A stretch of DNA of 32,000 bases from Nitrosarchaeum sp. (GCA_025699025.1 JAILWJ010000001.1:506391-538390), one strand, 5' to 3'. Positions 1 to 8,494 are shown, counted from the first letter of the stretch. A program made the numbers and translations. Notes: generated by a model from the letters alone, not told the origin.

Positions 1-375
1 GCCTCAGTTGCAAATGAAAGTTTAAGACTATACCAAAAAGAGAGACTGATCAAAAAAATCCAGTACACATCCAAGGTTTTTGAAAAGTACTATGATGAAA
101 TTTCTGAAATCGACATAGTGGGAGACATCAGACACAAGGGAATGCTCATGGGCATTGAACTGGTAAAAGACAAAATAAAGAAAACCCCAATTCATCCAAA
201 AAAATCAATTAATAAAATATTTTATGAGATTGGCAAGAAAAACGGAATTTATCTTAGAACCTTGGGCAACATAGTCATGCTTGTGCCTCCATTGGCAATA
301 TCCGAAAAGGAGCTAAACACGCTCATTTACAATGCCATGACAACCATAAAAGATGCAAAAAAACACGTGTTGTAG
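1..375 (+). CDS. bioA: Adenosylmethionine-8-amino-7-oxononanoate aminotransferase (BioA), C-terminal fragment; 5' end outside window
   Basis: Frame 1 is open from base 1 to TAG at 373-375; the track shows it only from the internal Met at 118. The translation (GDIRHKGMLMGIELV...GIYLRTLGNIVMLVPPLAISEKEL) resembles the C-terminal domain of class-III PLP aminotransferases. bioB and bioF follow directly. Confidence 0.75.
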   Translation, partial: ASVANESLRLYQKERLIKKIQYTSKVFEKYYDEISEIDIVGDIRHKGMLMGIELVKDKIKKTPIHPKKSINKIFYEIGKKNGIYLRTLGNIVMLVPPLAISEKELNTLIYNAMTTIKDAKKHVL

Positions 376-376
376 T

Positions 377-404
377 GTTAACCTGCATCATTCAAATGGT
401 TAAC
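377..404. repeat. Inverted repeat GTTAACC-N14-GGTTAAC between bioA stop and bioB start
   Basis: GTTAACC at 377-383 and GGTTAAC at 398-404 are reverse complements. The same architecture recurs at 8454-8481. Confidence 0.6.
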
Positions 405-448
405 CTTTCCAATAATCTTATTTAACGGAAATTAATGAAAAAATAAGG

Positions 449-1429
449 ATGGATTTTGCACTAAAACACATCAAAGAATGCCAAGAAAAGGTATTTTCAG
501 GAATCGGACTGTCAGTGCAGGATGTGGAGAACTTGTTTGACATACCTGATGAAAACCTACAAGATCTGGCAAAGGCTGCAAACGAAATTACGCGAGATTT
601 TAACGGCAATAAGGTGGATGTAGAAGAATTAAACAACATCAAGAAAAATGCTTGTAGTGAGGACTGTTCGTTTTGTGGACAATCAGCATTTTTTGACACG
701 GGAATTGACACGTACCAGTTGCCATCTCCGCAGGAAGTAGTAATAAAAGCTCAAAATGCAAAAAATGATGGGGCAGAATCATACTGTTTGGTTGCAGCAT
801 GGAGAGAGCCATCTCAAAGAGACTTTGAAAAAGTATGTGAAATTATTTCTCTGATTAATGAAAAGGTCGGGATTAGTGTAGAATGTAGTCTGGGATTTCT
901 AACACCAAATCAGGCAAAAAGACTAAAAGAACTCAAAGTCAAAAGATATAATCACAACCTAGAGACTGCAAGATCAAAATTTGCAGAAATTTGTACTACC
1001 CACACATATGACGACAGGCTAAAAACATTAAGAATTGCACGAGATGCAGGTTTGGAGTTATGTACAGGTGGAATTATCGGTTTAGGAGAGACGAGAAAAC
1101 AAAGAATAGAATTGACGCTGGAACTGGCTTCAATTTTCCCAGAAGAAGTAACAATCAACATATTGGTTCCAATCCCCGGAACACCACTAGAGCTTCAAAC
1201 GCCATTACCAAATTCAGAGATAATCAGAATGTTCTCAGTAATTAGATTCTTGTTGCCAGAATCAGTAATCAAAATTTCAGGAGGACGTGAAACAAATCTT
1301 GGAGATGATGGTGAGGAATTGCTACAAAGTGGGGCAAACGGGATAATTACTTCAGGATATCTCACGATGAATGGAAATAGTGCTGAAAAAGACATCAAAA
1401 TGATAAAAAAGATAGGCCTTGAAGCCTAA
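449..1429 (+). CDS. bioB: Biotin synthase (radical SAM)
   Basis: 326-aa ORF. It carries the radical-SAM CxxxCxxC motif in ACSEDCSFCGQSAFF and BioB-like segments YNHNLETA and GGIIGLGE. It is flanked by bioA and bioF. Confidence 0.9.
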   Translation: MDFALKHIKECQEKVFSGIGLSVQDVENLFDIPDENLQDLAKAANEITRDFNGNKVDVEELNNIKKNACSEDCSFCGQSAFFDTGIDTYQLPSPQEVVIKAQNAKNDGAESYCLVAAWREPSQRDFEKVCEIISLINEKVGISVECSLGFLTPNQAKRLKELKVKRYNHNLETARSKFAEICTTHTYDDRLKTLRIARDAGLELCTGGIIGLGETRKQRIELTLELASIFPEEVTINILVPIPGTPLELQTPLPNSEIIRMFSVIRFLLPESVIKISGGRETNLGDDGEELLQSGANGIITSGYLTMNGNSAEKDIKMIKKIGLEA

Positions 1430-2549
1430 TCTAAAGTTTATAGATGAAGAAATAGAGCAGATTAAAAAAAATAACCTACACAGAAGACTCAGGTTTGGAA
1501 AAACCGTAGGAGCACACATTACAATAAATGGAAAAAAATTACTAAATCTGTGTTCGAATGACTATCTTGGAATCCCTCCAACAAAACTAAACATCACGCA
1601 AATGCAATCAAGTTCCAGACTAGTTTCTGGAAACGATGAATGTTTTGAAATTCTGGAGGAAAAACTATCAAGACACAAGTCACAGCAGAGCAGTTTAGTT
1701 TATCCTACAGGATACATGGCAAATATCGGAACGATATCTACAATTGCAAAAAAAGGAGACATTATTTTAAGCGATAAACTAAATCATGCAAGCATCATAG
1801 AGGCATGTAAGATATCAGGAGCCAAAGTAATAGTATACGATCACAACGATGTAGAAGATCTGGAAAAGAAGATACGCCAAAAAGCAAAAAACAAGATTGT
1901 GATAACTGAAGGGATTTTTAGCATGGATGGGGATTTTTCACAATTAGACAGAATCACAGAAATCGCACAAAAAGCAAATGCCATAACCATGGTAGACGAT
2001 GCACATGGAGATTTTGTTGTAGGGCAGGATGGAAAAGGAACTGCCAATCTGTTTAATGTTTCAAAAAAAATTGATGTGTATATTAGCAGTCTAAGCAAAG
2101 GGCTAGGATCGTTTGGTGGATATATATCAGCAGAGAAAAATGTGATAGATTATTGTATAAACAAATCAAAATCTTTCATTTACACGTCTGCGCTTCCATT
2201 ATCGTTGATTGAATACTCGATAAAGAGAATCGATTCAGACAGAGAAAAATACAGAGAAAAACTAGAGAACAACCGAAGACTAGTATCAGAAGGATTGAAA
2301 AAAATAGGGTACAATATAGAGTCAAAGAGCCACATAATTCCAATAATAATAGGAGATGAAAAAAACGCACTTGAATTTGGAGATTATATGTTCAAAAATG
2401 GAGTATTTGCTCAACCAATTAGATACCCAACTGTGCCAAAGAACCAGGCAAGGTTGAGAATATCCATCACATCATGGCTATCTAAAAACGATATCGAATC
2501 AGCATTATCAGTATTTGACAAGGCATCAAGAAAATTCAGAATTTCTTGA
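1419..2549 (+). CDS. bioF: 8-amino-7-oxononanoate synthase (class-II aminotransferase family)
   Basis: 376-aa ORF with a TTG start overlapping bioB by 11 nt. It has DDAHG and the SLSKGLGSFGGY PLP-lysine context typical of the AONS/KBL family. The bio context favours AONS. Confidence 0.8.
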   Translation: MKPNLKFIDEEIEQIKKNNLHRRLRFGKTVGAHITINGKKLLNLCSNDYLGIPPTKLNITQMQSSSRLVSGNDECFEILEEKLSRHKSQQSSLVYPTGYMANIGTISTIAKKGDIILSDKLNHASIIEACKISGAKVIVYDHNDVEDLEKKIRQKAKNKIVITEGIFSMDGDFSQLDRITEIAQKANAITMVDDAHGDFVVGQDGKGTANLFNVSKKIDVYISSLSKGLGSFGGYISAEKNVIDYCINKSKSFIYTSALPLSLIEYSIKRIDSDREKYREKLENNRRLVSEGLKKIGYNIESKSHIIPIIIGDEKNALEFGDYMFKNGVFAQPIRYPTVPKNQARLRISITSWLSKNDIESALSVFDKASRKFRIS

Positions 2550-2567
2550 CATAGAAAATGCGATTAA

Positions 2568-2675
2568 CTATCGGTACGCGTCAAATCCAAAGGGGCCTGC
2601 AGGAGAACCCAATACGGCTGCAACGATCACAATGATTGCCAAAGCGACTCCAACTATGATGAATCGTTTGTTCAT
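2568..2675 (-). CDS. Candidate 35-aa single-TM micro-protein
   Basis: ATG at 2675 to TAG (complement of 2568-2570). Translation is MNKRFIIVGVALAIIVIVAAVLGSPAGPFGFDAYR. It is below the ORF-track cutoff and sits in an otherwise empty 220-nt gap. Confidence 0.3.
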   Translation of the reverse strand: MNKRFIIVGVALAIIVIVAAVLGSPAGPFGFDAYR

Positions 2676-2739
2676 GTAAAAAATTAACCATGCCCAGATA
2701 AAAACGAAATGACGTAAACAAAGACATTTGGAAGAACCC

Positions 2740-2747
2740 TTTAATTC
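2740..2747 (+). promoter_or_regulatory. TATA-like box upstream of ccdA
   Basis: TTTAATTC is centred about 26 nt upstream of the GTG at 2769, which would give a leaderless or near-leaderless mRNA. AT-rich background makes chance hits likely. Confidence 0.3.
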
Positions 2748-2768
2748 AAAATCTGCAGATTAGTTTAC

Positions 2769-3503
2769 GTGGCAGACATATCAATCGGAATTGCGGCTCT
2801 AGCAGGAGTAGGTTCTTTTGTAGCACCATGTATACTGCCAATGATTCCTGCATTTTTGGCATATATTTCAGGCACTACGCTAAATGACCTCAATCAAAAT
2901 ACAGGTTCAAAAACAATTTCAATCAACAGAACAAACATCATTCTAAACTCGGTATTTTTTGTATTAGGTTTTTCAGTAGTATTTTCATTACTTGGAGTAA
3001 TCATAAACAGCACACTGTCAAATTATGCAGGAGAATTAACCGAAGTGCTAAACCAAATCGGCGGAATCATAATTGTAGGATTTGGCATATTTTTGCTGTT
3101 ATCATCTAAAATCAACAAACTAAATGTTGAAAAGAAATTTCTGCCAAAAAGATCCAAAGCAAGCTATCCAATGTCATTTGTGTTTGGATTGGCATTTGCC
3201 GCAGCGTGGACTCCTTGTGTTGGGCCAATATTGGGGACAATTCTGACACTTGCTGCAACAACACCTTCGGTTGCATTTAATCTTCTTTTAGCATATTCAT
3301 TAGGACTTGGAATTCCATTTATCATGATTGGGGTATTTTATTCTAGAGCAAACAAAATAATCAAGGCAATGAGTAAGCATTTGAAATATTACAATCTAAT
3401 TCTAGGTGGATTTGTGGTGGTTCTTGGAATTTTGGTGTTTACAAATCAACTTGCATATATTGCAAACTTTCCATTACTAAATGAATTGTTGTTTTTAGGA
3501 TAG
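2769..3503 (+). CDS. ccdA: CcdA/DsbD-family thiol-disulfide electron transporter (membrane)
   Basis: 244 aa with a GTG start and multiple TM segments. Conserved Cys residues sit in APCILPMIP and WTPCVGPILG, as in the CcdA/DsbD core. Confidence 0.8.
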   Translation: MADISIGIAALAGVGSFVAPCILPMIPAFLAYISGTTLNDLNQNTGSKTISINRTNIILNSVFFVLGFSVVFSLLGVIINSTLSNYAGELTEVLNQIGGIIIVGFGIFLLLSSKINKLNVEKKFLPKRSKASYPMSFVFGLAFAAAWTPCVGPILGTILTLAATTPSVAFNLLLAYSLGLGIPFIMIGVFYSRANKIIKAMSKHLKYYNLILGGFVVVLGILVFTNQLAYIANFPLLNELLFLG

Positions 3504-3506
3504 AAA

Positions 3507-4601
3507 ATGAAACCAGAGATTAAAACAGCCATAATTTTAGGAATTGCAATAGTAATTGCAATGGGGGGAATTAGCATAATTTTATCTTCATTTGATGTAG
3601 AATCGCCTGCAACAAGTGGATTAGAGAGAGATGCAGACAAATCTAGATTCAAAATTGCCCCAGAACTTGTGGGCATTACTCACTATCTCAACACCACGCA
3701 GGAGGAACTATCTGAAAGAATCAAGGGCAAAGTAGTGCTGTATGACATATGGACGTATAGCTGCATAAACTGTGTTAGAACGTTACCATACATTACTGCA
3801 TGGAATGAGAAATATTCTGATGAAGGGCTGTTGATCATCGGAATACATTCGCCAGAATTTGAGTTTGAAAAAGATCCAAACAATGTCAGGATGGCAATTG
3901 ACAAACATGGGATCAAGTATCCCGTAGTAATGGACAATGAAATGAAAACATGGAAAGCATTTGACAACAGATACTGGCCAAGAAAATACATTGCAGATCA
4001 CGAAGGATACATAAGATACGATCACATCGGAGAAGGGGCATATCAAGAAACGGAAAAAGTAATTCAAGATCTTTTAAAGGAGAGAGCACATGATTTAGAA
4101 TTACAAATCGCATCTACGGACACATTTGTGGATATTGCCGAGTTTGAGCATACAGTTTTTAGAACGCCCGAATTATATTTCGGATACAAATTTGCTCAGG
4201 GAAGAAATCAACTGGGCAGTGTTGAAGGATTTAAAGAAAACCAAACAGTATCATATTCAGAGCCAGAAAAAATTGAATTACACAAGTTTTATCTCGTGGG
4301 AGATTGGAAGAATCTCGAAGACAGTATGGAACTAGCATCAGACAAAGGTTCCATAAAACTACAGTTTAATGCAAAAGAGGTAAACATTGTCACTGCCAAC
4401 CATGCAGACTTGGAAATTCTCATGGATGGAAAACCCATCTCATCAAAATATGCCGGAAATGACATATCCTCAGAAAACAAAATTACAGTAACAGACCCAG
4501 GACTATACAACATTGTAAAGAGCAATGAAGCATCAGTGCACACCCTAGACATCACAGTAAATAATCCAGGCTTTCAGATGTTCACATTCACATTCGGATA
4601 G
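3507..4601 (+). CDS. Membrane-anchored extracytoplasmic thioredoxin-like protein with C-terminal beta-rich domain (DipZ C-terminal-like)
   Basis: 364 aa with an N-terminal TM anchor. It has a thioredoxin fold with WTYSCINCVRTLPY (CxxC) and GIHSPEFEFEK, followed by about 150 extra C-terminal residues. It starts 3 nt after ccdA. Confidence 0.75.
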   Translation: MKPEIKTAIILGIAIVIAMGGISIILSSFDVESPATSGLERDADKSRFKIAPELVGITHYLNTTQEELSERIKGKVVLYDIWTYSCINCVRTLPYITAWNEKYSDEGLLIIGIHSPEFEFEKDPNNVRMAIDKHGIKYPVVMDNEMKTWKAFDNRYWPRKYIADHEGYIRYDHIGEGAYQETEKVIQDLLKERAHDLELQIASTDTFVDIAEFEHTVFRTPELYFGYKFAQGRNQLGSVEGFKENQTVSYSEPEKIELHKFYLVGDWKNLEDSMELASDKGSIKLQFNAKEVNIVTANHADLEILMDGKPISSKYAGNDISSENKITVTDPGLYNIVKSNEASVHTLDITVNNPGFQMFTFTFG

Positions 4602-4616
4602 TGTAACCTCACCCTC

Positions 4617-4634
4617 CTGTAACTGGAGTTACAG
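4617..4634. repeat. Inverted repeat CTGTAACT-GG-AGTTACAG 16 nt after the thioredoxin-like gene stop
   Basis: Arms at 4617-4624 and 4627-4634 are exact reverse complements. It may be a 3'-end hairpin. Confidence 0.5.
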
Positions 4635-4695
4635 TCAGTTTGGTGACAGGTTTGTTTAAAACAAAATTTTAGACCAATATTGAGGAAATTAAGAT

Positions 4696-5346
4696 TTGAT
4701 TAGTAACTCGTGGAACAAAACTGAAGGGGAAAGCATCTCTCAAAGAGTAATGGGACGAGTAAAACCAGATGTTCCTCTAAAAAACAAAATTGAATTTGCT
4801 CAGAGAAAATTACAATTTCAAATCTCAAAATTAGAAACAATTACAGAAAAGTTACAGAAAAAACATGACGGTATGTTTGAAAAAGTGGTAAACGCACAAA
4901 AAGCCAGAAACATGGCTTATGCCCAAGCATATGCAGCAGAACTTGTCCAAGTAAGAAAAATGAAGGACATGGTAAAGGGGGCAAAATTATCCATGGAACA
5001 AATTCAGTTAAGACTCAATACAGTATCTGAACTCGGAGATGTGGTAGTCACGCTAAGTCCATGTATGTCGATCATAAAGGGATTAAGTCCGGCTCTTAGT
5101 GGATTAATGCCAGAAGCTAATGCCTCAATGCAAGACTTGTCACAAATATTGGGAGATGTAATGTCAGGCTCCTCAATTGAAGGCGCAGACATGCTAAACA
5201 TTGGAAACCATCAAAGTGCAGACTCGCTAGCAATACTAGAAGAAGCACATTCAGTTATTGCAGGGCAAACAAAACAATCAATTCCAGACATTCCAGACAG
5301 CCTAAAGCAAGAGATCGTTCAGAAGAATACAGATATTTTCATCTAA
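4696..5346 (+). CDS. ESCRT-III/Snf7-family protein (CdvB-like paralog)
   Basis: 216 aa, helical and heptad-rich. The segment IQLRLNTVSELGDVVVTLSPCMSIIKGLSPALSGLMPEA resembles the core of archaeal CdvB/ESCRT-III as I recall it. The start is TTG at 4696, with an alternative ATG at 4750. Confidence 0.55.
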   Translation: MISNSWNKTEGESISQRVMGRVKPDVPLKNKIEFAQRKLQFQISKLETITEKLQKKHDGMFEKVVNAQKARNMAYAQAYAAELVQVRKMKDMVKGAKLSMEQIQLRLNTVSELGDVVVTLSPCMSIIKGLSPALSGLMPEANASMQDLSQILGDVMSGSSIEGADMLNIGNHQSADSLAILEEAHSVIAGQTKQSIPDIPDSLKQEIVQKNTDIFI

Positions 5347-5352
5347 TAAAAC

Positions 5353-5694
5353 CTATTTAGATTTCTTTTTGCTTTTTTGAATAAGAATTTTTTTAATTCT
5401 AGATATGGTAGGATAGCTATATCCCCTTCTACGATAATTAGCAATCATCATCTTCCAATTTTTTAACCGCCATTGGGCCTGTTCAGTAGTTACAGAGTGA
5501 ACTTCTTTTTGAATAATGCTTTTTCTTCCAACCTTCAAAGTACCTGCATCTTTAGCAGACCAGCGATTTTTTGCAAACTTTAGACCTGTGAGTATTTCAT
5601 CAATAGGCATTTCTTTGAAGTATTCTCTTAATTTTTTGAGTTCAATGTCCGAGGGAATTGCAGAAATTGGCAATTCAATTACGGGTTTTTGCAT
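5353..5694 (-). CDS. Hypothetical protein with basic C-terminus
   Basis: 113-aa ORF with an ATG start, convergent with the upstream gene across a 6-nt gap. I recognised no family. Confidence 0.55.
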   Translation of the reverse strand: MQKPVIELPISAIPSDIELKKLREYFKEMPIDEILTGLKFAKNRWSAKDAGTLKVGRKSIIQKEVHSVTTEQAQWRLKNWKMMIANYRRRGYSYPTISRIKKILIQKSKKKSK

Positions 5695-5780
5695 GATAAC
5701 AATGAATGCTAATGGCTTAAGAGATTCTTGCTAAATGAGATTTTACTAAATGAGATAATTACTAAACAATTTTAGGATAT

Positions 5781-5900
5781 CTAACAGTTAATTCCAACTA
5801 CAGTGTTTTTGCAGATTGTATTGTACATACCAAATCCCAGAATGATTGCGGCAAATAAAGCCAATGGGATTAAAATGAAGATTTTGGTTTTCAAACCCAT
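5781..5900 (-). CDS. Candidate 39-aa single-TM micro-protein
   Basis: ATG at 5900 to TAG (complement of 5781-5783). Translation is MGLKTKIFILIPLALFAAIILGFGMYNTICKNTVVGINC. It is more plausible than the overlapping plus-strand track ORF 5803-6012. Confidence 0.3.
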   Translation of the reverse strand: MGLKTKIFILIPLALFAAIILGFGMYNTICKNTVVGINC

Positions 5901-5940
5901 AACAAAAATTCATCCACATTCATATAAAATTGTGATTATT

Positions 5941-6357
5941 TCATTCCACTTTTATAACAAATGTACCTCTTGTATTGGGATTTTGAAGAATGGAAATCAT
6001 ATCACGTGGTAAAAGATCTGAGGCCTTGTCACATTTTACTGCCAAGGTTCTTGGACAAACAAAATCACTTTTCCTAATCACAATATCGTCAGTGTGTGTC
6101 AGTAGAAGATTTTCATTTCCACGTCCAGTTACATGAAATTCATGATCTTCAACTTTTATAACAAAGGATACCTTAGAATTAGAATCCTTTAGTTTTTGTT
6201 TTAATTCAGGTGGTAAATCTGCACAGCCATGAGTTGCATTCACTCCAATTATACAGTCACCTTGGGGAGTAAGATGGCGCTCTTTTGTAATTTCAATTGT
6301 TTTTTGATGATTTGAGCGAATATGTTCATGTCCTGAAAATGTGATTTCAAATATCAT
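5941..6357 (-). CDS. DUF371-family protein
   Basis: 138 aa. The N-terminus MIFEITFSGHEHIRSNHQKTIEITKE and GDCIIGV match the archaeal DUF371 pattern as I recall it. Confidence 0.65.
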   Translation of the reverse strand: MIFEITFSGHEHIRSNHQKTIEITKERHLTPQGDCIIGVNATHGCADLPPELKQKLKDSNSKVSFVIKVEDHEFHVTGRGNENLLLTHTDDIVIRKSDFVCPRTLAVKCDKASDLLPRDMISILQNPNTRGTFVIKVE

Positions 6358-6713
6358 ATCAAGAAATCACAAGAGATACAAATTAAGCTTGGCAATATTT
6401 GAAAAATGGTCATTACATTAATTGTATGGCATTTCCATATCTTTAGATATTTCTTTGATCTCTTTTTGTGTAAAAATCCCAATATAGAAATATCTTGTTT
6501 TTAAGAGGTTCCATAGCATAATTGCAGACAAGATTCATTTGGTGAAATTATACACAACAGAATAGGGTTTAACATTCGATTTTACGATGGTAAAAAACCA
6601 TGGCATAGATCGTCTGAGAAATGAATTCCAAGATCATGGTGCCTTGCAAATCGGTAAATAATTCAGGCTCGAGTAGTTCATGAGGTTTAAAATTTTTGTC
6701 AACTAAAGTACGG

Positions 6714-6721
6714 TTTAAATT
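6714..6721 (+). promoter_or_regulatory. TATA-like box upstream of psmA
   Basis: TTTAAATT is centred about 28 nt upstream of the ATG at 6746. Confidence 0.35.
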
Positions 6722-6745
6722 GTACATTCAAAGCAATTTAATCAA

Positions 6746-7483
6746 ATGCTTCCTGCACAACAAGGTTACGATAGAGCAATCACTGTTTTTTCTCCAGATG
6801 GTAGACTATACCAAGTAGAATATGCCATTGAGACGGTACGCAGAGGCACCATCGCAATAGGAGTAAAATGTAAAGAGGGGATAGTTATTGCAGTTGAGGA
6901 AAAACCAAGAAAATTACAAATTTCAGACACGGCACAGAAAATATTCCAAGTAGATGACCATGTAGGAATCGCAGCGGCTGGATATATCCCCGATGCAAGA
7001 AGCCAGGTAGATAATGCACGATTCTTTTCACAGAGTAACAAAATGATTTATGATGAAGCAGTGGAAGTTGAAACAATTGCAAAACATTTAGCAGATCAAT
7101 GTCAACAATTTACACAATATGCAGGAGTGAGACCCTTTGGAGTAGCATTGATTCTTGGTGGGGTAACTAAAGGGAAACCACATCTATTCTTAACAGATCC
7201 TAGCGGCACATACATTTCATACGATGCAATTGCGATTGGTTCAGGTTCTGAACAAGTAACAGATTTCTTAGAAAAAACATACACTGAAAATCTTTCACTG
7301 GATGAAGCATCAACATTAGCATCGGCAGGAATTTACTTGTCAAGCGAGGATAAGGAAGGTACAAGCCACATCAGAATGGCACAAATTAAATCAAACACAG
7401 GATTGTTTGAGTTAGTACCAGAGGACAAAATTATAAGTTATGCAAAATCTGCCAAAGAAAAATATCCGCATAGTAAAAACTAG
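6746..7483 (+). CDS. psmA: Proteasome subunit alpha
   Basis: 245 aa. It carries the N-terminal signature YDRAITVFSPDGRLYQVEYA. Confidence 0.93.
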   Translation: MLPAQQGYDRAITVFSPDGRLYQVEYAIETVRRGTIAIGVKCKEGIVIAVEEKPRKLQISDTAQKIFQVDDHVGIAAAGYIPDARSQVDNARFFSQSNKMIYDEAVEVETIAKHLADQCQQFTQYAGVRPFGVALILGGVTKGKPHLFLTDPSGTYISYDAIAIGSGSEQVTDFLEKTYTENLSLDEASTLASAGIYLSSEDKEGTSHIRMAQIKSNTGLFELVPEDKIISYAKSAKEKYPHSKN

Positions 7484-7510
7484 AGCAATCCATCTGCGTG
7501 ATTAATTACA

Positions 7511-8320
7511 TTGAAAATATCTGTTGCAATTCCAGAATCGTCCTTATCTGATGAATCACTAAAAATGGATAAAACAAGAAAAATATCTGTACTTGCTAGA
7601 GCATGCGCAATTTTCAAAGTAGATACGATTTATGTTTATCAAGAAGGTAATAACAAAGAAGACGGAAATTTGATGGTTACTATTCTGAAATACTTGGAGA
7701 CTCCACAGTTTCTAAGAAAGAGACTGTTTCCAAAAATGAATGAGTTGAAATTTGCAGGAGTTTTACAACCATTGAAAATCCCAAGCCACATTACACCTGC
7801 AAATCCAAAAAAGATCAATCAAGGAGATATTCGAGAAGGGATAATAGTCAGCATCAAGGGAAAGCGGTATGTCGATGTCGGAATAAATGAACTTGTTGCA
7901 TATTTTGGAAAAGAAAGTGTTGGAAAAAGAGTCACGGTTCAATTCAAAACTGGCTATCCAGATTTTTCTGTAAAAGAGATACAAAGAAGTGAGGTTCCAG
8001 GGTATTGGGGGTACTCGGTAAGAGAAAGGTCAAGTCTTTTTTCACTAATCTCAGAGTGGAAGGGAAATACTATAATCACTTCAAGAAAGGGAAAGACTGC
8101 AACAAAAGAGCAACTGGCAAAATATCTCAGCCCAGACGCAAATATTTTGGTAGTTTTTGGGTCACCGGAAAAAGGAGTTCATGAGATCTTGGGTGGTAAA
8201 ATGAAAAACGTTCAAAATGCAAGAGCGCTCAATTTTTTCCCCAATCAAGCAACAGAAACAGTTCGTCTTGAAGAGGCGTTACTTGGGACATTAGCAATAA
8301 TTAATGCATATAGTATCTAA
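7511..8320 (+). CDS. SPOUT-superfamily putative RNA methyltransferase (DUF171/COG2106-like)
   Basis: 269 aa with a TTG start. SVAIPESSLSD...KISVLARACAIFKVDTIYVY resembles DUF171. Its position upstream of the uL3 operon matches what I recall for other archaea. Confidence 0.65.
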   Translation: MKISVAIPESSLSDESLKMDKTRKISVLARACAIFKVDTIYVYQEGNNKEDGNLMVTILKYLETPQFLRKRLFPKMNELKFAGVLQPLKIPSHITPANPKKINQGDIREGIIVSIKGKRYVDVGINELVAYFGKESVGKRVTVQFKTGYPDFSVKEIQRSEVPGYWGYSVRERSSLFSLISEWKGNTIITSRKGKTATKEQLAKYLSPDANILVVFGSPEKGVHEILGGKMKNVQNARALNFFPNQATETVRLEEALLGTLAIINAYSI

Positions 8321-8332
8321 AAGAGGTGTAAA

Positions 8333-8443
8333 ATGCCAGAAAAGAAGAACTTTTTGATATTTGCAATAGGATTAGGTGCGGCAGGCATCATAATTGGTTC
8401 AATCACAATCTGGATCATGGTGTCGGATTTAATGCAACCATAA
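8333..8443 (+). CDS. Candidate 36-aa single-TM micro-protein
   Basis: ATG at 8333 to TAA at 8441-8443. Translation is MPEKKNFLIFAIGLGAAGIIIGSITIWIMVSDLMQP. It begins 12 nt after the upstream stop. Confidence 0.35.
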   Translation: MPEKKNFLIFAIGLGAAGIIIGSITIWIMVSDLMQP

Positions 8444-8453
8444 CTAAGATGTC

Positions 8454-8481
8454 GTTAACCTGACTAAATTTTAAGGTTAAC
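8454..8481. repeat. Inverted repeat GTTAACCT-N12-AGGTTAAC in the region upstream of rpl3
   Basis: 8454-8461 and 8474-8481 are exact reverse complements. It shares GTTAACCTG-N12-GGTTAAC with the element at 377-404. Confidence 0.6.
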
Positions 8482-8494
8482 AACACCTCACATG

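Noticed and set aside
5803-6012. A 69-aa plus-strand track ORF.
   Set aside because: It overlaps the 3' end of the DUF371 gene and the better minus-strand micro-ORF. Its GTG start and odd composition also count against it.
6358-6745. The 388-nt divergent spacer between DUF371 and psmA, examined for small genes or ncRNA.
   Set aside because: It holds only ORFs of 31 aa or fewer without membrane or zinc motifs, plus short AT-only inverted repeats. Nothing stands out from the AT-rich background.
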